Origin: an uncultured Acidobacteriota bacterium
Lineage (GTDB): Bacteria; Acidobacteriota; UBA6911; RPQK01; JAPXNP01
Reading direction: 5' to 3'
Assembly (NCBI GenBank): GCA_963777605.1
Contig: CAVZRV010000028.1
Coordinates: 160,001 to 224,000 of the forward strand
Length of the DNA: 64,000 bases
Shown: positions 20,138 through 30,162 of the stretch, in pieces
Layout of the letters: every line of letters begins with the position of its first letter
Position numbering within the stretch: the stretch's first letter is position 1
Made by a program: the position numbers and the translations under genes
Notes under the pieces: model-generated
What the model was told of the DNA's origin: nothing
What the model saw: the letters and a program-made list of their open reading frames with translations, nothing else
The model's database searches: none

Positions 20138-21466
20138 ATGAGTGATCTAAACGTCAATTCCGAAGTGCTGGAGTCGTTGCAACGCGAGACATTCGACTAC
20201 TTCGTTTACGAAGCGAACCCGCTTAACGGCTTGGTCGTCGACAAGACTCAAGCAGGAGCGCCGGCAAGTATTGCGGCCGTCGGGTTGGCCCTGTCGTGCT
20301 ATCCCGTCGGGGTGGAGCACGGTTTTATCACTCGCACACAAGCAATCCAACGAACCCTGGCGACCTTGCGCTTTTTCCACAACAGCGTTCAGAGCACCGA
20401 CCCCGATGTGACCGGCTACAAGGGTTTCTATTACCACTTTCTCGACATGATCAGCGGAAAGCGCGCCTGGATGTGCGAGCTGTCCACGATCGATACCGCG
20501 TTTCTGCTGGCAGGCATGCTGATGGCAGCAGCATATTTCTCGGGCAGTACCGCCGACGAACGCGAAATCCGCATGCTCGCCGATGAGTTATACCTGCGAA
20601 CTGATTGGGAGTGGGCCCAAAACGGCGGGTTGACTGTTACCCACGGATGGAAACCCGAGAGCGGATTCCTGCCGTACCGCTGGCAAGGGTATGACGAGGC
20701 GCTGTTTCTCTATCTGCTCGCTCTCGGTTCGCCGACCCATCTGCTGCCGGACGAAAGTTATGTGCAGTGGACCTCCACATACGAATGGAGAAAGATTTAC
20801 GACCACGAGTTCTTGTACTCTGGGCCGCTCTTTACACACCAGATTTCTCATCTCTGGATCGACTTTCGCGGAATCCAGGATGACTATATGCGCGGCAAGG
20901 GCATTGATTATTACGAGAACAGCCGCCGCGCGACCTATGTCCAGCAGCAGTACGCGATTGACAACCCCGCTGAATTCGACGGCTACGGTGCAAACTGCTG
21001 GGGCATCACCGCGAGCGATGGTCCTGGGCCGGCGAAACGCATGATCAAGAGACACAAGCGGCAATTCTTTGGCTATCAAGCGCGCGGCGTGCCGGAGGGC
21101 CCCGACGACGGAAGCATCGCCCCTTGGGCGGTGGTCGCTTCACTCCCTTTTGCGCCCGAGATCGTGCTACCGGCGCTGCAGTACTTCGAGACGGTGAAAT
21201 TGCGCACGAAAAACCAGTATGGCTTCAAAGCCACCTTCAACGCCACTTTTGCCGACAGCCCCGATCAGTCGCAATTGTGGGTATCCCCATTCAACTGTGG
21301 TCTCAACCAGGGACCAATCATCTTGATGATCGAGAATTACCACTCCGGCCTGCCCTGGCATCTCATGCGTCAATGTCCCTATCTTATCGCGGGGCTTCGC
21401 CGGGCCGGTTTTCGGGGTGGTTGGCTCGGGCAGAATGAACCAGGAGTAGTCCATGAAACCCACTAA
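20138..21466 (+). CDS. Glycoamylase-family (GH144-like) protein
   Basis: GFYYHFLD, ELSTIDTA, GYDEAL, GPLFTHQ, WGITASDGP, DDGSIAP. Confidence 0.8.
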   Translation: MSDLNVNSEVLESLQRETFDYFVYEANPLNGLVVDKTQAGAPASIAAVGLALSCYPVGVEHGFITRTQAIQRTLATLRFFHNSVQSTDPDVTGYKGFYYHFLDMISGKRAWMCELSTIDTAFLLAGMLMAAAYFSGSTADEREIRMLADELYLRTDWEWAQNGGLTVTHGWKPESGFLPYRWQGYDEALFLYLLALGSPTHLLPDESYVQWTSTYEWRKIYDHEFLYSGPLFTHQISHLWIDFRGIQDDYMRGKGIDYYENSRRATYVQQQYAIDNPAEFDGYGANCWGITASDGPGPAKRMIKRHKRQFFGYQARGVPEGPDDGSIAPWAVVASLPFAPEIVLPALQYFETVKLRTKNQYGFKATFNATFADSPDQSQLWVSPFNCGLNQGPIILMIENYHSGLPWHLMRQCPYLIAGLRRAGFRGGWLGQNEPGVVHETH

Positions 21467-22646
21467 CCCCCACATCCTGACCATCAATGGCGGCTCGTCG
21501 AGCATCAAGTTCGCACTGTTTGAATCCGACGAGTCGTTGGCGCGGATACTTGAAGGACAGATTGAAGGGGTGGGCCTTCCACAGGGTAACTTCACGGTAA
21601 AAGGCTTGAACAAGTCCGATGACCTTTCGCGACCCGTGGCGGCGGCGGACCACACCGTAGCGGTCGGGATGTTGATGGATTGGGTCGAAGAACGAACCGG
21701 GCGCGGTGCTTTGAGCGGGGTGGGCCATCGCGTGGTGCACGGCGGACCCAAGTACTTCGATCCGCAGCGGATCACGACCGAGATGGTTGCAGAGTTGCGT
21801 CAGCTCAGTCTATTCGATCCTGAGCATCTGCCGGTGGAGATCCTGTTGACCGAGGCGTTTCATCGCCGGTTTCCCGACCTGCCCCAAGTGGCATGCTTCG
21901 ACACGGCCTTTCACCATGACCTGCCGCGCGTAGCCCGGTTGTTGCCGATCCCGCGCCGCTACGAAGCGCAGGGAGTGCGGCGGTACGGCTTTCATGGCTT
22001 GTCCTACTCGTTTCTGATGGGAGAACTGACCCGTCTGGCCGGGCCGGAAGCGGCACAAGGCCGGGTCATCCTCGCGCATCTCGGCAATGGTGCGAGCCTG
22101 GCGGCGGTCCATCGAGGCAGGCCCGTCGACACAAGCATGAGTTTCACCCCGACCGCCGGGGTGCCCATGAGCACCCGGTCCGGCGACCTCGATCCCGGAC
22201 TGGTTTGGTATCTGGCGCGCACCGAAAAGATGAATGCAAAGCAATTCAACGAGATGGTCAATTTCCAGTCGGGGCTGCTCGGCGTGTCGGAGACCAGTTC
22301 CGATATGCGTGATTTGCTCGACCGTGAGACGCAGGACGTGCGGGCGGCTGAAGCGGTTGCGCTGTTTTGCTATCAGGTCAAGAAATGGATCGGCTCATTC
22401 GCGGCGGCGTTGGGCGGTCTGGACACGCTGGTTTTTGCTGGCGGCATCGGGGAGAACGCGTCCGCGGTCCGCTTCCGGATTTGCAGGGGGCTTGAATTCC
22501 TTGGAATCGAACTCGAAGAAAAGCAAAACGCGGCGAATGAGGGAGTGATTTCCGCAAATGACAGCCGGGTCGCTGTCCGCGTCATTCGAACGGACGAGGA
22601 ATGGATGATTGCGAACCTGGTCTGCCGTGTTTTGGGTCTTGACTAG
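21453..22646 (+). CDS. ackA: Acetate/propionate kinase
   Basis: INGGSSSIK, GHRVVHGG, FDTAFH, RYGFHGLS, HLGNGAS, GGIGEN, TDEE. Confidence 0.95.
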   Translation: MKPTNPHILTINGGSSSIKFALFESDESLARILEGQIEGVGLPQGNFTVKGLNKSDDLSRPVAAADHTVAVGMLMDWVEERTGRGALSGVGHRVVHGGPKYFDPQRITTEMVAELRQLSLFDPEHLPVEILLTEAFHRRFPDLPQVACFDTAFHHDLPRVARLLPIPRRYEAQGVRRYGFHGLSYSFLMGELTRLAGPEAAQGRVILAHLGNGASLAAVHRGRPVDTSMSFTPTAGVPMSTRSGDLDPGLVWYLARTEKMNAKQFNEMVNFQSGLLGVSETSSDMRDLLDRETQDVRAAEAVALFCYQVKKWIGSFAAALGGLDTLVFAGGIGENASAVRFRICRGLEFLGIELEEKQNAANEGVISANDSRVAVRVIRTDEEWMIANLVCRVLGLD

Positions 22647-22664
22647 GAACAGGAGAGATTAACC

Positions 22665-25037
22665 ATGACGACAACAACCCTTTCGCCGGAACTGCTCCAT
22701 AAGATGGACGCCTACTGGCGCGCCGCCAACTATCTGTCGGTCGGCCAGATTTTTCTTTACGACAATCCCTTGCTGAAGCGGCCGCTGAGCCTCGCGGACG
22801 TGAAGCACATGCTGCTGGGGCACTGGGGCACGACCCCCGGGCAGAACTTCATATACGTGCATTTAAACCGGGTCATCAAGAAATACGACCTCGACATGAT
22901 CTACGTCTCCGGCCCCGGGCACGGCGGCCCGGCCGTCGTGGGCAATACGTACCTCGAGGGCACTTACAGCGAAATCTATCCCGAGATCAGCCAGGACGAG
23001 GCGGGACTGCAGAAATTGTTCAAGCAGTTTTCCTTTCCCGGCGGCATTCCCAGCCACGTGTCGCCGGAATGCCCGGGATCGATCCACGAGGGCGGCGAAC
23101 TGGGCTACTCGCTCAGCCATTCGTTCGGAGCGGTATTCGACAATCCGAATCTCCTCGTCGCCTGTTGCGTGGGCGACGGCGAGGCGGAAACCGGACCGCT
23201 GGCCACCTCGTGGCAGTCCAACAAGTTTCTTGATCCGATAACCGATGGCGCCGTGCTGCCCATCCTGCACCTCAACGGCTACAAGATCGCCAACCCGACC
23301 ATCCTCGCGCGCGATTGAGCCGGAGGAACTGGACCAGTTCCTCCGCGGTAACGGATGGACGCCTTATTACGTCGAAGGACACGAGCCGGCGCTGATGCAC
23401 GAGGCCATGGCGTCAACGCTCGACATGGTGGTGGAGGAGATCAAACACATCCACCACGAAGCCCGCGTTGGCGGCAACACGATGCGCCCGCGCTGGCCCA
23501 TGATCGTCCTCAAATCCCCAAAAGGCTGGACGGGCCCGAAATGGGTGGATGGACTGCAAATCGAAGGCACGTTCCGCGCGCATCAGGTTCCACTTGCCGA
23601 TCGGATGCTGCCCATCCCGAACACCTCAAACTGCTGGAGGACTGGCTCAAGAGCTACCGGGCGGAGGAACTCTTCGACGAGCACGGCCGACTGAAACCGG
23701 AACTGGCCGAACTCGCGCCCAGAGGAGAACGCCGCATGGGAGCAAATCCCCACGCCAACGGCGGCCTGCTGCTCCGCGACCTGGTCATGCCGGATTTTCG
23801 TAACTATGCGGTGAACGTGCCGTCACCCGGATCGGTTCGCGCAGCCGATGCGCACGAACTCGGCGTGTTCCTGCGCGATGTGGCCGAACTCAATCGAGAG
23901 CAACGCAACTTTCGCATCTTCGGCCCCGACGAAACGCTTTCCAACCGCCTGGGCGCCGTGTTCGAGGTGACCAACCGCCAGTGGGACGCGCGGACGCGGG
24001 ACAACGATGAGTTCCTCGCTCTGAACGGCCGCGTCATGGAGATGCTGAGCGAGCATCAGTGCGAGGGCTGGCTCGAAGGCTATCTGCTGACCGGCCGACA
24101 CGGACTTTTCAATTGCTACGAGGCGTTCATCCACATCATTGACTCGATGTTCAACCAGCACGCCAAGTGGCTGAAAGTCACGGCCGGACTGCCATGGCGG
24201 CGGAAGATCGCCTCGTTGAACTACCTGCTGGCCTCCCACGTCTGGCAGCAGATGCATAACGGTTTCACGCATCAGGATCCCGGTTTCATTGATCACGTTG
24301 TGAACAAGAAAGCTTCTGTCGTGCGCGTCTATCTGCCGCCGGATGCCAACTGCCTGCTGTCGGTCTTTGATCACTGTTTGCGCAGCCGGCATTACGTCAA
24401 CGTCGTGGTCGCCGGTAAATATATGGCGCCGCAATGGCTGACCATGGACGACGCCGTCAAGCATTGCACCGAGGGCATCGGCATCTGGGAGTGGGCGGGC
24501 AACGAGACAGGCACCGAACCCGATGTGGTCATGGCCTGTTGTGGCGACGTGCCCACGCTGGAGACGCTGGCCGCAGTCTCCATCCTTCGCGAGCATCTCC
24601 CCGACCTGAAGGTTCGCGTGGTCAACGTCGTCGACCTTTTCAAACTGGAGCCGCAGAGCGAACACCCGCACGGCCTGAGTGACAAGGATTTCGACGCGCT
24701 CTTCACCAAGGACAAGCACGTCATTTTCGCCTTTCACGGCTACCCGTGGTTGATCCACCGCCTGACGTATCGACGCACGAACCACGACAACATTCACGTC
24801 CGCGGTTACAAGGAAGAGGGCACTATCACTACCCCCTTCGACATGACCGTGCTGAACGACCTGGATCGCTTCCACCTGGTGATGGACACCATCGACCGCC
24901 TCCCGCAAACCGGAGACAGGGGCATCGACCTGAAGCAGCAGCTCGAGGACAAGCTGATCGAGCACAAGCAGTACATCGACAAGCACGGCCAGGACATGCC
25001 GGAAATCCGGAACTGGAAGTGGAGCACCCCCAAATGA
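22665..25037 (+). pseudogene. xfp: Phosphoketolase (XFP) with two compensating frameshifts (about 23313 and 23600)
   Basis: [46 protein letters not shown] spread over three ORFs; first and last share a frame; may be sequencing error. Confidence 0.9.
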
Positions 25038-25128
25038 ATGTACCAGGCGCAAATGAGCAGCGTACTTCCAGAAGTCTATCCAGCCCGGATCTGTCGGCCC
25101 AGGATAAGAGCCTCCACGCTGAATGCTG

Positions 25129-25169
25129 TGAGCAATTTTGACCACATTTCCGAGCAATTGTGACCTGAA
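25129..25169 (+). promoter_or_regulatory. Tandem CRP-like motif, copy 2
   Basis: TGAGCaatttTGACCacatttcCGAGCaattgTGACCTGAA; CTGAAT-N17-TATACA. Confidence 0.65.
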
Positions 25170-25269
25170 TCACAAAACGCCGTGCAGTATACAACGAGTG
25201 GAGCTTGATTGCCGCCCGCGGATTATACTCGTCTCAAGGCGGCCCAACGAGCTGATCGAGAGAGACGCT

Positions 25270-25482
25270 ATGCAAGAGCGAAGGGATGTCAGGAAGTTCT
25301 ACGGGAGCCTTTCCGATTCGGAACTTATCTCTGTCTGGGCTTTGGGCAGGGACAGGGAAGACGATGTGGTGATGGCCGATGCCGAAGCTGAACTGGCCAG
25401 GCGGGGAACCCGGAGCGATGACCCCGAGGTTCGGCTCCGGACTCCGCGAGAATCAGTCGCCAGGACAAGAAGCCGCACCTGA
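25270..25482 (+). CDS. Small hypothetical protein (70 aa)
   Basis: MQERRDVRKFYGSLSDSEL...AEAELARRG, downstream of motif copy 2. Confidence 0.5.
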   Translation: MQERRDVRKFYGSLSDSELISVWALGRDREDDVVMADAEAELARRGTRSDDPEVRLRTPRESVARTRSRT

Positions 25483-25500
25483 GGATCCTCAGGTGCGGCT
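25471..25500. terminator. Perfect 30-bp palindrome between convergent genes
   Basis: AGCCGCACCTGAGGA|TCCTCAGGTGCGGCT, overlapping the stop codon at 25480-25482. Confidence 0.6.
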
Positions 25501-25559
25501 CTCCGGCAAGGCAGGGATCGCTCGGGGAGGCTTTTGTCCCTGCTGCTCTCTGCAGACGG

Positions 25560-25751
25560 TTAAGTCCCCACACGGAGCCCGCTGAGGGAACTCAAAAAGC
25601 CGAAAACGCTGAGAAGCCACAGAACCACGCCAATGACTACCACCGCATTGAGGATTCTCTTGATTGTGCCCTGCATCGGGATGAACGTGTTTACCAACCA
25701 AAGTAGAACGCCGATTACAACCAGAATCATGACGAGTTGAAGTAAAGGCAT
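25560..25751 (-). CDS. Small two-TM membrane protein (Thivi_2564-like)
   Basis: LVVIGVLLWLVNTFIPMQGTIKRILNAVVVIGVVLWLL; GGAGG RBS. Confidence 0.85.
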   Translation of the reverse strand: MPLLQLVMILVVIGVLLWLVNTFIPMQGTIKRILNAVVVIGVVLWLLSVFGFLSSLSGLRVGT

Positions 25752-25856
25752 GATGACCCTCCATTGTGTTGGGAGCGGGCCGCGACGGCCGCTCCCGGTT
25801 TAGCACTGATAAAATAAAGCCTCAATGAGATTCGCCTTGTAACGGAAACCGCGCTA

Positions 25857-26084
25857 TTACAAAGCTCTTCGCTTCATTCCCACGACGAGCAGCGCAACTC
25901 CGCCGAGCAGGGCGAGTCCTCCGAGGATGGGCGGAACGGGAATGCGTTGCTGCGTTTCCGTCGTGGCTTGCAGCGGTCCGATATCAATCACCTTTTCCGT
26001 GCGTGTGTAATTGATGCCCTGATAGGCGAGGGCCAGTGCACCAAGCACGATCAATACAATTCCAATCCACATAGTCGGTTTCAT
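25857..26084 (-). CDS. Small membrane protein (DUF3185-like)
   Basis: GIVLIVLG...YQGINYT...IDIGPLQAT...IPVPPILGG. Confidence 0.8.
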   Translation of the reverse strand: MKPTMWIGIVLIVLGALALAYQGINYTRTEKVIDIGPLQATTETQQRIPVPPILGGLALLGGVALLVVGMKRRAL

Positions 26085-26142
26085 TGCTTATATCTCCGTG
26101 GCCGGGCGATCTCTCTTCAGGATCGACTCCGGCCTTTCAAAG

Positions 26143-26171
26143 CCAGGCCGACGGGATTCCCATCGGCCTGG
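26143..26171 (-). terminator. Probable intrinsic terminator after the M48 gene
   Basis: CCAGGCCGATGGGA/TCCCGTCGGCCTGG stem followed by CTTT, just after the stop. Confidence 0.55.
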
Positions 26172-26174
26172 TAT

Positions 26175-27920
26175 TCATTGTCGAAAGCGAACTGAACGAA
26201 GCATGTTCTGAAATGTACTCTCATAATTCTTGAAGTCGCGATCGGGTGCGACGAACACCATGAAAAGCAGGCCTTCCGGTCGCTGAATCGTGACCAGCCA
26301 ATTCGTTTCGCGACCTCCCAGCGGCGAGTCGTTGGTCAGATAGGTGGACTCAGCCCCCAGCCCGTCGATGCGGAAGTAATCAGGCTGGCTGACAATTCGC
26401 ATCCCGGGATTGGAGTGGCTGAGTTCTTCAATCAAACCGCTCGTGGCTTCTTCGAGGCGTTGCTGTTCCTGCTGGTTCCCCCGGGAGGTTGCTCTCGAAG
26501 GCAGCCCGTAGCCTTCGGGTTGAAGCTGCTGACGGCCGCTGCGGTTAATGAGTGGCTCATAAATGTTCACGATGACGCCGTAAGCCAGGGCCTGGTTGCC
26601 CCGCCCGTCGTTGACCATGCCCCGATCGGGTACGATCGTGACGGTCACATCTCCCTGTCCGTACGCCTGCCAATTGTCCGGGTGATCGATACGGAAAGTG
26701 GCGTTTTCGAAACTTCTCGAGCGATTTGAAGGCTGGTCAGGCTGAGTGTTGCCCTGTGGGTTGTTTCCTGACTGCTGCTGCTCGGTCGGAATCGAGATCC
26801 ACTGATGTTCCTGAACCACCACGTCGTAGGTTCCGCCGCCCCACTGGTACCTGAGAAGAAGCGCTTTCGGCTCACTGATGGGATCACCGCCCATCGACGA
26901 GTTGGTCACCTGGAGGTTCAGGCGGCCGTCCTGCACCAGAGACTGCATGCGCTGGCCGACGTCGATGTATTTGTTCTTCGCACCGTAGCTTGCGCCCACG
27001 ATCCGTAATTCCGATGTGGCGGGCGTGTTCCCCCGGGCGTTTCCCGTGCCGCTATTTGCCGGAGGCCCCGCGAGCGCCTGTTCGTACCGCTTGATGTCCT
27101 GGAAGTCCCGCGAATCGGTCTTCGCATTTCGCCGCATACCGCCGAGGTTGGCAATTTCCTCGTCCACACGCCCTTCGCGGTTCTCCGGGTTGGGGTGACT
27201 GGAGAAGAAGGCCGGCATCTGCCCGCCCTGGCTTTCCGCCTCAATCTTCTGGAAGAATTGGGCCATGGCCTGCGGGTTGTAGCCGGAATCGTAGAGGATT
27301 TGGGTGCCCAGAACATCGGCCTGGGTCTCAGCATCCCGTGAGTACTTCAGCAAGAGCGAGTCGGCCGCGAATCCTGCACCGAGTTGTGCCAGTATTGCAG
27401 CCGTCGAGTTGCTGCCCAGTGCACCTCCCAGGATGGCCAGCGGCACCTGAGCGATATAGGCTTTCGAGGCCTGGTTGGTGCCGTGGCGGAGCGCCACGTG
27501 GGCGATCTCGTGCGCGATCACGCCGGCGAGTTGCGCTTCATTATCGGCAGCGTCGAGCACCCCTCGGTTGACGTAAAGAAAACCCCCGGGCAACGCGAAA
27601 GCATTAATGGACCGGTCGTTGACGACTTTGAACTGATAGGGATACTTCTCACCCGGGGCGTGGGCCGCCAGTTTCCGCCCCAGGTTGTCCACGTACTTGT
27701 CTACTTTTGAGTTGTTGAGCATCGGCTGCTGCTGCTCAGCCTCGACAGAGGTCTGCTGGCCCATTTCGACATCCTGCTGCACGGAAAACATGTTCCAACC
27801 GGGCTTCAGTTGCGTCCGGTCCGCCCAAACGAGCGGAGCCAGGAAAAGCATCAGCGCGGCCGCGAGCACTATTGAATGTTGCGTTGTTTTGCTGTTATTC
27901 ACTGTTTGTTTCCTGTTCAT
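26175..27920 (-). CDS. Secreted M48-family metallopeptidase with extra C-terminal domains
   Basis: Signal peptide, INAFALPGG, AHEIAH (HEXXH), YSRDAETQAD, SSHP. Confidence 0.9.
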   Translation of the reverse strand: MNRKQTVNNSKTTQHSIVLAAALMLFLAPLVWADRTQLKPGWNMFSVQQDVEMGQQTSVEAEQQQPMLNNSKVDKYVDNLGRKLAAHAPGEKYPYQFKVVNDRSINAFALPGGFLYVNRGVLDAADNEAQLAGVIAHEIAHVALRHGTNQASKAYIAQVPLAILGGALGSNSTAAILAQLGAGFAADSLLLKYSRDAETQADVLGTQILYDSGYNPQAMAQFFQKIEAESQGGQMPAFFSSHPNPENREGRVDEEIANLGGMRRNAKTDSRDFQDIKRYEQALAGPPANSGTGNARGNTPATSELRIVGASYGAKNKYIDVGQRMQSLVQDGRLNLQVTNSSMGGDPISEPKALLLRYQWGGGTYDVVVQEHQWISIPTEQQQSGNNPQGNTQPDQPSNRSRSFENATFRIDHPDNWQAYGQGDVTVTIVPDRGMVNDGRGNQALAYGVIVNIYEPLINRSGRQQLQPEGYGLPSRATSRGNQQEQQRLEEATSGLIEELSHSNPGMRIVSQPDYFRIDGLGAESTYLTNDSPLGGRETNWLVTIQRPEGLLFMVFVAPDRDFKNYESTFQNMLRSVRFRQ

Positions 27921-27989
27921 TCCCGGCTCCTTCGAATTTCTCCGTGTAATGACGAAGCGGACTGCGAGAGGCGCTTATCCCACACGCCA

Positions 27990-28928
27990 TCAATGGCGAT
28001 AAGGCGGAACATACTTCTGCAGGGACGAGATGAAAGGCCGAACGGTCGTATTCGTTCTCACTTTACCCCTGAGCAGGATGTCTTCCCCGGTCACCGGGCT
28101 GCCGTAGACCGCCTGGTTGGCGCTGTCATCCATCGTTATGCTGGCACCGGCCAGCGATACGCCTGCAAAAAGTCCCTTGCTGCGGGAGTAGGAGTAAATG
28201 GCAGAGCTGAGCGTGATGTCGGTTGCGCCACTGGCGGTTCTACCCACCGGTCCGGCTGCCACCGAGGCGTCTCCACCCAGGGTGAACTTTCCTTTGAGCA
28301 GCGGCTTCAGGCCGTCTTCATTGGTGAAGACCAGCACCAGATCGGTGGCTGAGCCTCCGATCTGAAAGCCCACACTTCCGCCGCCGATGGTGATAAAGGC
28401 GGGCGCTGACCAGTTGCCGGCTTCGGTCCGTCGGGCGATCAAGCCCTTGCCATATCGTCCACCCACGATGAACGCGCCCTTGACGACATGCGGGATAATG
28501 GCGATCGCGTGGGCTTTCTCGAGCAGATCTTCGGGGATCGCCTGGTCGGGAGCAGCCATGATTTCAGAGAGAACGCTTCCAGCTTTTGTGGCCCGATCGG
28601 CCTCGTCTTCAACATTGGCCCGGGCAGGCTGGTCAACCCTGTCGGTGTAATAGCTTGCCTGCGGGTCCATTTTCACTCCCAGGGCTTCCTGGGTCTTCTG
28701 GTCGAGCATTCCGGTCGGCTCCAGGCTCTTGCTCTTTTGAAACTCCCGAATTGCAGATCCAGTCTGAGGTCCCATCACTCCGTCGACGGGCCCCGGGCTA
28801 AAGCCATTGTCCTTAAGGACCTGTTGAAGGTTCTGGATCGTTTGATCGGGACGGGCAGCCACAAGGGAGGCTGTCATCAGCGCCACGGTCATGAGAAACA
28901 TGAAAAGCAAAGTGGATATCTTCTTCAT
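27990..28928 (-). CDS. Ysc84/SYLF lipid-binding protein with N-terminal peptidoglycan-binding domain
   Basis: LQQVL...GPVDGVMGPQT..AIREFQ; GGSVGFQIG, AAGPVGR, YSRSKGLFAG. Confidence 0.88.
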   Translation of the reverse strand: MKKISTLLFMFLMTVALMTASLVAARPDQTIQNLQQVLKDNGFSPGPVDGVMGPQTGSAIREFQKSKSLEPTGMLDQKTQEALGVKMDPQASYYTDRVDQPARANVEDEADRATKAGSVLSEIMAAPDQAIPEDLLEKAHAIAIIPHVVKGAFIVGGRYGKGLIARRTEAGNWSAPAFITIGGGSVGFQIGGSATDLVLVFTNEDGLKPLLKGKFTLGGDASVAAGPVGRTASGATDITLSSAIYSYSRSKGLFAGVSLAGASITMDDSANQAVYGSPVTGEDILLRGKVRTNTTVRPFISSLQKYVPPYRH

Positions 28929-29151
28929 TGTTATTCTCCTTGGGAGATTGGTGCTCCCTGAAATCTCACAGGTCTTTCTACACAAGAAGCTGATCGTTGC
29001 TCTGACTGTTGAGTCCCCAAACCCGGACAGTGAAGCAGAGCCCCGAGGATTATCGGGAAGACGATGAGCCTTCTGCCGATATCCGGCTCCAGTGAGATTG
29101 CCGACAGGTCGATTACTGTCTTCTCCTTTTTACATCGCTGGCGAAGACGGT

Positions 29152-29192
29152 GTCAGTTCAGCATTGCTCTGAGTCCTGATCACATTTGCTCA
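29152..29192 (-). promoter_or_regulatory. Tandem CRP-like motif, copy 3
   Basis: Minus strand TGAGCaaatgTGATCaggactcAGAGCaatgcTGAACTGAC; CTGACA-N18-TAAAAA. Confidence 0.8.
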
Positions 29193-29573
29193 GTGCCCTC
29201 GATGAGGAGGCCACCGCAAGCCGAGGGTCAGACGAAAAAGCGCGCTCCTCGTCTGTCCGATTGCCAACCTGAAACTTCATCGTGGAGGCTGCAATTTTCA
29301 CCGCAAGGCGCGAAGGTCGCCCGGAATCATGAAGCCGTGGGTCGCGGCTGGAGCCTGGATACCCCGATTTCAGAACGCGAGTGTCACGAGCGCGGCTCCG
29401 GACGATGGTAAGTCACCAGAAGTGCTGCCGGAGGCCGGAACCGCGGGATGGAGTCAAAATCCAGGACTGGTAATGGATGAGAGTCAGGAGTAGCGCTCCC
29501 TTGACTCGGGGGCGCCTAATGGGTTCCCTCGCGTTCGGAACACTGGCCGTGTGCCAGGTCCGGTCCGCCATGC

Positions 29574-30162
29574 CCAGTTTCACTCTGAGAATGGTCCGGC
29601 GCCGCCGGGGGCCCCGCTGACTTAAAACTTCATTTGGATGAGTTGGAAATCCTGGAAGATTTGGACGCGTCTGGACGGGGATTGAGGCGATCGGTGGAGA
29701 GCCAGGGACGCGATTATCGGCTGAATCCTGGTTCCGGGTCCGGTGCCAGACGTGGATGAGTGATGATCACAGGATCGGCACCGGACTGGCCCCTGAAGGG
29801 GGCCTGTTTCCAGCCCAGGCATTTGCCTGGGTTTACGGTTCCCCCATCAAGAATCCAGCCCTGAAAGGGCGGCACAGCTCTCCGGACGTGAAGAATCGGC
29901 GCGACCTTACAGGCCGCAATCGAAGTGCCGGGACCACAGACCCAGGGCAAGCCCTGGGCTGAAACCAAGGCGCTCCAGCGCCAGGTCCAGTTTCACTCTC
30001 TGAATGATCCGGCGGCCGGGGGCCGGGCTGACCTGAAACTTCACCTGAAGCTTGGACCCTGGGTCCATTTGAAACGTGGAATGGCACGGACACAAAGCCG
30101 GGGGTAAGGCGAAGCCGCGCCCCCGGGTTCGCGGACCCAGTTTCACTCTCCGAATGACCCGG
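29574..30162 (+). repeat. Modular REP/BIME-like palindromic repeat, locus 1 (R-S1-R-S2-R')
   Basis: R module CCAGTTTCACTCT..GAATGRYCCG at 29574, 29987, 30137; hairpins GCCCTGAAAGGGC, CCCAGGGCAAGCCCTGGG, TGGACCCTGGGTCCA; homologous to 38031-38381 and 58098-58613. Confidence 0.85.

Noticed and set aside
23300-23620. Programmed frameshifting in xfp
   Set aside because: No slippery heptamer is seen, two opposite shifts would be needed, and similar indels are scattered across the window
29622-30107. Small ORFs within the repeat loci (also 37949-38239, 57981-58373, 58424-58759)
   Set aside because: Their mutual similarity reflects the shared DNA repeat; reading frames are not conserved between copies
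29574-30162. R-spacer-R pattern as a CRISPR array or integron attC array
   Set aside because: Spacers are about 350 and 93 bp, non-coding and themselves repeated elsewhere; no cas or intI gene and no clear attC core sites
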